A DNA stretch of 64,000 nt from Shigella phage Ag3: the sequence record FJ373894; one strand, 5' to 3'. Every line of letters begins with the position of its first letter. Position 1 is the stretch's first letter. Shown one piece after another: positions 57,958 to 64,000 of this stretch. Position numbers and translations under genes: made by a program. The notes beneath the pieces are model-generated. The model was not told the DNA's origin. It worked only from the letters and a program-made list of their open reading frames with translations, and made no database searches.

Positions 57958-59180
57958 CCCATCTATCTAAAATGCCGACGGGCTACGCGCCCCCGGCTGA
58001 ATGGAAGTACCCGATTGACCTGGCTGTTGATTATCGTAAGCCTGAGAATCGCATGTACCTGCTCAAGGCTTGGGTGGAGGCGCTGTCCTACACCGAAGAG
58101 CACAACCAGCAGATGCGTCTGATGGATTATGCGATCGAAGTCACTGAAGGTATCAGCCTCGAACAGAAAGTCGAGCGCAAGATCTGGATGGCATTCCTTT
58201 GGGGTTGTTGCTACAACGCCATCGGTCCATGGACGATCTACAGTGAGTTCCCTGTGCCACCACAGTCCAAAGAAGAGATGCAGCGCTTCTCTGATTGGTA
58301 CAACCTGAACTTTGATCGCATGCGCTTCGATACCGACTGTCGCTACCGCAAGTCGAAGATGATTCCATGTGTTCAGTCCTATATTGACTGGCTGGCTGGC
58401 CGTACTCAATATGACGCTTTCCGTGAGATGTTGGTGTGCATCGATAAAGCAGAACAATTCACTCAGCTGTGGGACACGGCGATGTCCTGGAAATACTTCG
58501 GTCGCCTCAGTGCCTGGAACTTCCTAGAAGCCCTGAACATGGTCTTCGGGGACGAATACACCATTGACGTCCCTGGCTTCATGCTGCGTGACCGTGATGG
58601 CAGTGAGTCCAACCGTAATGGCGCGGCGTTCTTGTCCAACCGTGATGATTGGGTGACCAAGCATGGGAAGAAAAAGATCAATGGCTGTCCTATCACTGAT
58701 GAAGAGTGTGACATCCTTGAGGCCGACCTTGAACAGGCGTTCAAGGAATGCGTGGCTGAGTTCGGGCATCTGACGTTCATCAATCGCCTGAACTTTGAAA
58801 CCTCCGGCGCATGCTGGCTGAAGAAGTTCTTCCGTGAAAAGAACACCCGTTACATTGGGTGGGATGCCGAGCGTACCTGGGATGAGATCGACTACATGGA
58901 ACGCATCTGGCCGGAGTACTCCTGTGCAGCGCTCTGGGAAGCCCGTTCACTCTGGCTACCAGATACCCTGTTATGCGAAAAGGCACCTCCAGGGCACGTT
59001 CCAGGCGTTCAGAAGTGGAAGATGCCTGTGTTCTTTGAGACTGGCGTTCCTCTGCACATCTGGCATCTGCAAAAGGGTACGCGCTGGGAGCCTGACCAGG
59101 TGTATCGAGAATTGGGTAAACCGAAGATTGATAAACCGAAGTCCAACAGCGTCAACCTCATGGCACTCTTGAAACGCTGA
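57954..59180 (+). CDS. hypothetical protein (408 aa)
   Basis: ORF track; coupled to neighbours. Confidence 0.55.
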   Translation: MTHLSKMPTGYAPPAEWKYPIDLAVDYRKPENRMYLLKAWVEALSYTEEHNQQMRLMDYAIEVTEGISLEQKVERKIWMAFLWGCCYNAIGPWTIYSEFPVPPQSKEEMQRFSDWYNLNFDRMRFDTDCRYRKSKMIPCVQSYIDWLAGRTQYDAFREMLVCIDKAEQFTQLWDTAMSWKYFGRLSAWNFLEALNMVFGDEYTIDVPGFMLRDRDGSESNRNGAAFLSNRDDWVTKHGKKKINGCPITDEECDILEADLEQAFKECVAEFGHLTFINRLNFETSGACWLKKFFREKNTRYIGWDAERTWDEIDYMERIWPEYSCAALWEARSLWLPDTLLCEKAPPGHVPGVQKWKMPVFFETGVPLHIWHLQKGTRWEPDQVYRELGKPKIDKPKSNSVNLMALLKR

Positions 59181-59216
59181 TATAAATATCCTCGCCTATA
59201 AAGTGAGGATATTATC

Positions 59217-59384
59217 ATGTTACAAGATCTGTTGGTCTACGCACTTCCGGGTGTGGTTGTTGGATTCATCGCAGGTGCTCTGGTCTTCCGCAAACACGCG
59301 CAAGACGGTGAAGTGATTGTTCAGAAGGGTAAAGACATCCTGGAACAAATCGAAGCCAAACTGGACGAGCTGAAGAAAAAGTAA
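59217..59384 (+). CDS. small membrane protein (55 aa)
   Basis: Manually found; GTGAGGA RBS; MLQDLLVYALPGVVVGFIAGALVF. Confidence 0.4.
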   Translation: MLQDLLVYALPGVVVGFIAGALVFRKHAQDGEVIVQKGKDILEQIEAKLDELKKK

Positions 59385-59400
59385 TCTGATTGCGATTGCG

Positions 59401-59412
59401 TTCTTCAATAAA
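59401..59412 (+). promoter_or_regulatory. conserved TTCTTCAATAAA motif
   Basis: Also at 62321..62332; reverse orientation at 6527..6538 and 50183..50194. Confidence 0.35.
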
Positions 59413-59450
59413 GGGGAATGGGTTAATATTAGCCCGTTCCCCTTTCTTTT
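59413..59450 (+). terminator. rho-independent terminator
   Basis: GGGGAATGGG...CCCGTTCCCC 10-bp stem then TTTCTTTTT. Confidence 0.65.
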
Positions 59451-59466
59451 TGCAAGGAAATACATC

Positions 59467-59679
59467 ATGGCAATGAAACGAATTGAAGATATGTCCCTAC
59501 TGGATATGGAAGCGACTTTTGGTGATTACTTTGAGTCCACTCCGAAACAAAAAGACCCTCTGGTTGGCCGTCTGGTGGTTTCTGAAGCGTTCGCACAGAA
59601 AGTTCGCGAAGGTCTTCCGCCTGAATATGGGCGCTTCCGTAATGGCGCTTCCGTTATCGTCATGGGTGAATCTAAATGA
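59467..59679 (+). CDS. hypothetical protein (70 aa)
   Basis: AAGGAAATACATC RBS. Confidence 0.45.
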   Translation: MAMKRIEDMSLLDMEATFGDYFESTPKQKDPLVGRLVVSEAFAQKVREGLPPEYGRFRNGASVIVMGESK

Positions 59680-60062
59680 CACAGTCCGAATACAAACAGT
59701 ACCTGTACGATCTGTTCATGAAAGAAACGGATGGTACACTCCACCCTAAGAAAGCCACTATCGTCGTGCTGCATTCACAAGGCGCCCTGTCATTCTCCTA
59801 TCTTTTCAAAGAATTGGATCTGATGGGCATTGAATATAAAAAGCACATTACGCCAGAACGCACTCTGAAGCGCGCAATCGCTCACTGCGTCCATTCAGTG
59901 GCAACTGTTATGTTCCGCCATCACATCACATTTGATGAAGCGCTGGACCCACAGTACCATGAAGAGCGTTGGGATCTGTTGTTAAAGAACGGTGCCAAGC
60001 CTGAGCACAAAGATCAACTCCTTGGGATGACCAAGGCGCAACTCGTGGATGGTGTGTTATGA
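59676..60062 (+). CDS. hypothetical protein (128 aa)
   Basis: ORF track; start overlaps upstream stop. Confidence 0.5.
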   Translation: MTQSEYKQYLYDLFMKETDGTLHPKKATIVVLHSQGALSFSYLFKELDLMGIEYKKHITPERTLKRAIAHCVHSVATVMFRHHITFDEALDPQYHEERWDLLLKNGAKPEHKDQLLGMTKAQLVDGVL

Positions 60063-61171
60063 TCTATCTCCTGTTTGGTGTGCCATTGATACTGGCCATC
60101 CTGTTTGTGGTCTACCACCGCAAGACCCATGAGCCGAAAGAGACTCTGATTGCGACGGCGATTGTGGTGGTGCTGTCCTGTCTGATTCAGGTCGGGGCTT
60201 ATGCTGCGTTCTCCCTCGGCAGTTCAGGGGACGTTGAGATCCTGAACGGATACGTCACTGGCAAGGAGCGCAATAAGGTGAGCTGCGAGCACTCGTATCA
60301 GTGCAACTGCTACTACACCACATCATGCTCCGGTTCCGGTAGCAGCAAGTCCTGTACCCGTACTCGCCATTGCAGCACCTGCTATGAGCATTCGTATGAC
60401 GTGGACTGGGATGTGCTGACGACTGTTGGTAATCTGACGATTGACCGCATTGACCGCCGTGGTCTTGGCCAGCCGCCGCGCTGGGCGCAGGTTCAGATTG
60501 GTGAGCCAGCCGCCCGTGAGCACTCCTACATGAACTATGTGCTGGGCAACAAGGACTCTCTGTTCTCCCGCTCAGACCAGCAGTTTGCTGAGCGCTTCAA
60601 AGACAAGATTCCCAAGTACCCTGAGGTCTATGACTACTATCGTGTCACTCGTGTCCTGAACGTGTCCGGCCTGGCTTTGCCAACCACATACTGGAACGAC
60701 TACCTGAATGATGTTCTGAAGAAGCTGGGCGCGGCCAAGCAGGTGAACATCGTCTGGGTTGTGACATCCGGTCAGCCAGTTGAATATTTCCAGGGCTTGG
60801 TCTATGCATGGGATGGCGGTAAAAAGAACGACGTTATCGTCGTGACCGACATCAGCAAAGACCTGAAGATCAATTGGGGTAAGAGCACTTCGTTCGCTGA
60901 TGGTATGCACAACCGTGAACTTCACTCCCGCAACGGTATGGACCTGACTGGGCATGATATGGGCATCGGCGTCATGACAGACGTTGTCGCCAACATCACT
61001 AAAGGCTACAACCGCGTTGAGATGAAGGAAATGGAGTACCTGAAGTGGCGGGAACTCAAGACCTGGGAAGTTGTGGTTGTTGTTCTGCTGGGCTGCTTGC
61101 CATTCACCGCAATTTTCATATTGCAGCGAATGGAGTACAATGGTGGCCGTCGTTATCCGTTTAATTTTTAA
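60059..61171 (+). CDS. Cys-rich membrane protein (370 aa)
   Basis: N- and C-terminal hydrophobic segments; CEHSYQCNCYYTTSCSGSGSSKSCTRTRHCSTC cluster. Confidence 0.55.
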   Translation: MIYLLFGVPLILAILFVVYHRKTHEPKETLIATAIVVVLSCLIQVGAYAAFSLGSSGDVEILNGYVTGKERNKVSCEHSYQCNCYYTTSCSGSGSSKSCTRTRHCSTCYEHSYDVDWDVLTTVGNLTIDRIDRRGLGQPPRWAQVQIGEPAAREHSYMNYVLGNKDSLFSRSDQQFAERFKDKIPKYPEVYDYYRVTRVLNVSGLALPTTYWNDYLNDVLKKLGAAKQVNIVWVVTSGQPVEYFQGLVYAWDGGKKNDVIVVTDISKDLKINWGKSTSFADGMHNRELHSRNGMDLTGHDMGIGVMTDVVANITKGYNRVEMKEMEYLKWRELKTWEVVVVVLLGCLPFTAIFILQRMEYNGGRRYPFNF

Positions 61172-61189
61172 TCAAAAGAGGAAGTAAGA

Positions 61190-61759
61190 ATGTCTCAATC
61201 TAAGAGTATTGCAACAGGTTGGATCGTTGGTTTGGCTTTGCTGGGCATGGTGATTGTCTGCATCGGTACAGTCATCAGCTACTTCAACGACTTCAACCGC
61301 ACCGAACAGCAGGTCAAGAAGTTCAACAAAGACTCCGAGAACTACCTGAGCAACTACACGCTCAAAGTTCAGGAGACGGCGCAGATTCCTGACATGTACA
61401 AAGACGGCCTGAAGGAAGTGATCAAAGGTACGTTCGAAGGGCGTTATGGCGCTGATGGTTCCAAGGCGGTCATGCAGTGGATCCAGGAGCAGAACATTCA
61501 GTTCGATTCCAGCCTGTACAAAGAGATCCAGGTGGTGATCAGTTCTGGGCGTGATGAATTCCGCATCAGCCAGACCAAGAAGCTGGATATCTGCGCAATG
61601 TACGAAACCAAGCTGGCTCAGTTCCCTGGTTCGTTGATCGCTGGCATGTTTGGCTACCCGCGCATCGACCTTGACAAGACCTGCCAGGTGGTGAGCGATA
61701 CCCGTACCCAGGCCGCGTTCGACGCTGGGGTTCAGAAACCGATCAACTTCAAAGGCTGA
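61190..61759 (+). CDS. LemA-family protein
   Basis: N-terminal TM helix; C-terminal FPGSLIAGMFGY...PINF resembles LemA FPNNIVAGMFGF...KVNF. Confidence 0.55.
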   Translation: MSQSKSIATGWIVGLALLGMVIVCIGTVISYFNDFNRTEQQVKKFNKDSENYLSNYTLKVQETAQIPDMYKDGLKEVIKGTFEGRYGADGSKAVMQWIQEQNIQFDSSLYKEIQVVISSGRDEFRISQTKKLDICAMYETKLAQFPGSLIAGMFGYPRIDLDKTCQVVSDTRTQAAFDAGVQKPINFKG

Positions 61760-61891
61760 TATCATGTCAGAACGTGATAAAGAAATCGTCAAGCACGCCA
61801 ACACGCTGGCAAAGGAGCTTGGCATTGAAATTGAAGTCAAGAACATGGATGACGTTCTGACTTTCTTAAACAAATGTTTGGGGTACGAATA

Positions 61892-62317
61892 ATGGCTCTG
61901 AAACTTACTGAATCACTGACGCTGGACCAGCAGCAGGCGCTGTTAGACGAAGTGGTGATCTCTGCTGTCAAACAGGGGATCATCCGTGACGACACGTTAC
62001 TCACCCGCCCTGAGATGATTCATCATCTGGTGGTGTGCCTTGGCGAGGCCAACAATCCTCGCAAAAAGATCCGCATGTTCAAAGGCGGCGTGATCTATCC
62101 AAACGGGCGTTTCGGTTTCATTGAACCAGTGTTGAAGACTGATGGCACCCCAAACAATAATGGTGGGCATATCAAGACCTCAATCCCAGTGACACCGTAC
62201 ACCGAAGGGGTTGATGCACTTTCTTGGTTCGAGACAATCAACACCATTTATGTGATGGCACCGGACGGTAAACCAGTTCAGGATCTGCGAGGCGGCAAAG
62301 TAGAATCTGAAGACTAA
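61892..62317 (+). CDS. hypothetical protein (141 aa)
   Basis: ORF track 61874..62317; ATG at 61892 overlaps stop of a 42-aa upstream ORF. Confidence 0.5.
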   Translation: MALKLTESLTLDQQQALLDEVVISAVKQGIIRDDTLLTRPEMIHHLVVCLGEANNPRKKIRMFKGGVIYPNGRFGFIEPVLKTDGTPNNNGGHIKTSIPVTPYTEGVDALSWFETINTIYVMAPDGKPVQDLRGGKVESED

Positions 62318-62320
62318 TCG

Positions 62321-62332
62321 TTCTTCAATAAA
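62321..62332 (+). promoter_or_regulatory. conserved TTCTTCAATAAA motif
   Basis: Immediately after stop of 61892..62317, before terminator. Confidence 0.35.
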
Positions 62333-62333
62333 A

Positions 62334-62367
62334 GGGGATAGGGTATTATTGCTCTATCCCCTTTTTC
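62334..62367 (+). terminator. rho-independent terminator
   Basis: GGGGATAG...CTATCCCC stem then TTTTTC. Confidence 0.7.
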
Positions 62368-62742
62368 ATGGACAAGAACATGACAGACAAGCCAAGAAAG
62401 ATTGCGATTGTTGGAGCCGGACTGGGCTCTCGGTTGATCAAAGTTCTACTGGAAGAGAAGCTACCAGGAGTTGAGGTTGTGCACATCACTCCCGACGATA
62501 TTCCGAAGCGTCGGAGTGAGCCTGGTGAGCGTATGATCATCTGTGACGAGCTACAACAGATGCCGGACACCAAGGCTCTGCTTGTCAAGCTGAAACAACG
62601 AGACACGGAGATGTCTGCTGAATGTGATATGCGGGAGTTCTATGCCGACCGCCGCTATCAAGAACCCACACGCCTGCGTGGAGCCGCTGCTCACAAACGT
62701 CAGGCCACTAAAATGAAGAACAAACGCCGGAGCAAACGCTGA
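62368..62742 (+). CDS. hypothetical basic protein (124 aa)
   Basis: ORF track; follows terminator. Confidence 0.5.
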   Translation: MDKNMTDKPRKIAIVGAGLGSRLIKVLLEEKLPGVEVVHITPDDIPKRRSEPGERMIICDELQQMPDTKALLVKLKQRDTEMSAECDMREFYADRRYQEPTRLRGAAAHKRQATKMKNKRRSKR

Positions 62743-63194
62743 TGACTACCAAACCAACTTATGAAGAATTGGCACAGACCATTCTGACCTTTGACAGTAC
62801 TCTGAAGACCCTGTACAAGGTGCTGGGGAATAACCCGACTTCGGAGTCAGGCAACACAGTCAATCTTCTGTTACTGCTGAACCCTCTGTGGGATATTGAT
62901 GCCACTGTTGCTGCCCTGAAAGATCCTGGGGCACAGGAACCGGAACCGGAGCCAGCCCCTGTATCCACGGGGATTCAGAATTATCTGGAGAACTTTGATG
63001 AGTACTCCTTCACTGACCTGCTCCTGCGCGATATGATCAACGCAGAACGCCGTCGCCAGGAAAAGAACTGTCCTGTGGTCCAGTCTGATGAAGAAATCGA
63101 GCAGAGCGTTCGCGAAGGACTGGAGGCTTCTATAGGCCTGGCTGTGATGATTGTTCAGGCGCTGTCCTATGCTGCCAAGGGGGAAACGAAATGA
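62742..63194 (+). CDS. hypothetical acidic protein (150 aa)
   Basis: ORF track; ATGA overlap with upstream stop. Confidence 0.5.
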   Translation: MTTKPTYEELAQTILTFDSTLKTLYKVLGNNPTSESGNTVNLLLLLNPLWDIDATVAALKDPGAQEPEPEPAPVSTGIQNYLENFDEYSFTDLLLRDMINAERRRQEKNCPVVQSDEEIEQSVREGLEASIGLAVMIVQALSYAAKGETK

Positions 63195-63391
63195 AGAAAT
63201 CATCTGCGGCTGTTGCTGCTATGCTAGCGCTGTCAGAAATGGAAATCGCCGCCGCGCATCGTGGTGATGATATGTGGGGGCGTCGTTACACTCAGGGTGG
63301 CACACCCGGCGAACCGGGACATGGTCGCCCGTCTGTAACCCGCAAGAAGAAGGCGAAGACCAATGGAAAGAACAAGCGCAAACGTAAGTGA
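63191..63391 (+). CDS. small basic protein (66 aa)
   Basis: ORF track. Confidence 0.4.
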   Translation: MKKSSAAVAAMLALSEMEIAAAHRGDDMWGRRYTQGGTPGEPGHGRPSVTRKKKAKTNGKNKRKRK

Positions 63392-63546
63392 GGAGCGCCT
63401 GAAGGATTTGTCCGTTGGCAATCCCAAGTTAGCCAGATCATGGGTGATGTTTGAAGAAGGTAAGATGATGGCCGACGAGATCATCTTCCTTCGAGCAGAG
63501 GTCGCTCGATTAAGTAAAACCGAACCCAAAAAGTAGAGGATATGTT

Positions 63547-63894
63547 ATGAGTTCTATTGAACAGCTGATCACCCCACAGTATGTGTACTCCAACATTGTT
63601 GAGCACCTGCGCTCACAGTTGAACGTGGGAACCCTGAGCAGCACTGACCTGAAAGATCTACAGATCACTGAAGTTGAAGTGGCCGCGTTCGGTAGCCGTT
63701 ATCACTTCAATGTGGACTACACGCGTGTAGAAGAGCAGCAGTCCTCTATCATCGCACTGGCCACTCCGGTCAACCCTCGCAAAGAGCCTGTGTCGGTCAC
63801 CCGCACCGTCGTGGGCTATCTTGAGGAAACCCTTGAGCCTGGGGCAACCCGACCGACATTCAACTTCCAGGCACGATTTGCCACCGAAGATTGA
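63547..63894 (+). CDS. hypothetical protein (115 aa)
   Basis: ORF track; terminator follows. Confidence 0.5.
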   Translation: MSSIEQLITPQYVYSNIVEHLRSQLNVGTLSSTDLKDLQITEVEVAAFGSRYHFNVDYTRVEEQQSSIIALATPVNPRKEPVSVTRTVVGYLEETLEPGATRPTFNFQARFATED

Positions 63895-63902
63895 TCTGAA
63901 CA

Positions 63903-63926
63903 AAGCCCTCAGCCGAGGGCTTTTTC
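63903..63926 (+). terminator. rho-independent terminator
   Basis: AGCCCTC-AGCC-GAGGGCT followed by TTTTT. Confidence 0.7.
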
Positions 63927-64000
63927 AATTGAAGCCCACCACAGTATCATACCCACTCAATCAATATGTTTCCCTTTGACATTGATAGGATTTCTATACT

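Noticed and set aside
1-64000. Integrase, transposase, att sites or host flanks indicating a prophage or island
   Set aside because: None seen; gene content and continuous T4-like synteny indicate a virulent phage segment.

Overview
This window reads as a contiguous piece of a virulent T4-like myophage genome, most consistent with an Ackermannviridae-type (ViI/CBA120-like) phage; nothing here looks like bacterial chromosome. Coordinates 0.4-40.7 kb are almost entirely minus-strand: a helicase/nuclease pair, a run of small unknown ORFs, then a T4-syntenic late module (major capsid, scaffold, prohead protease, portal, tail tube, tail sheath, large and small terminase, neck proteins), a 1612-aa structural protein, four tandem tailspike genes with beta-helix-like repeats, a repeat-containing tail fibre and baseplate-like genes. 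A mostly non-coding block at 41.8-45.5 kb carries a tRNA cluster (Asn, Tyr and Ser(GCU) are canonical; two more are non-canonical) plus tRNA-like fragments and strong hairpins. The right arm (45.5-64 kb) is mostly plus-strand early/metabolic genes: family B DNA polymerase, a GIY-YIG homing endonuclease, a P-loop kinase, a PLP-dependent enzyme, a HAD-type nucleotidase, a LemA-like protein and many small ORFs. The most notable observations are a 159-aa mini-intein splitting the Walker A motif of the large terminase, candidate thymidine-hypermodification enzymes, a recurring CTAAATA late-promoter-like motif, and a recurring TTCAATAA half-site near terminators. All functional calls rest on motif recognition and T4 synteny by eye; no database search was run.
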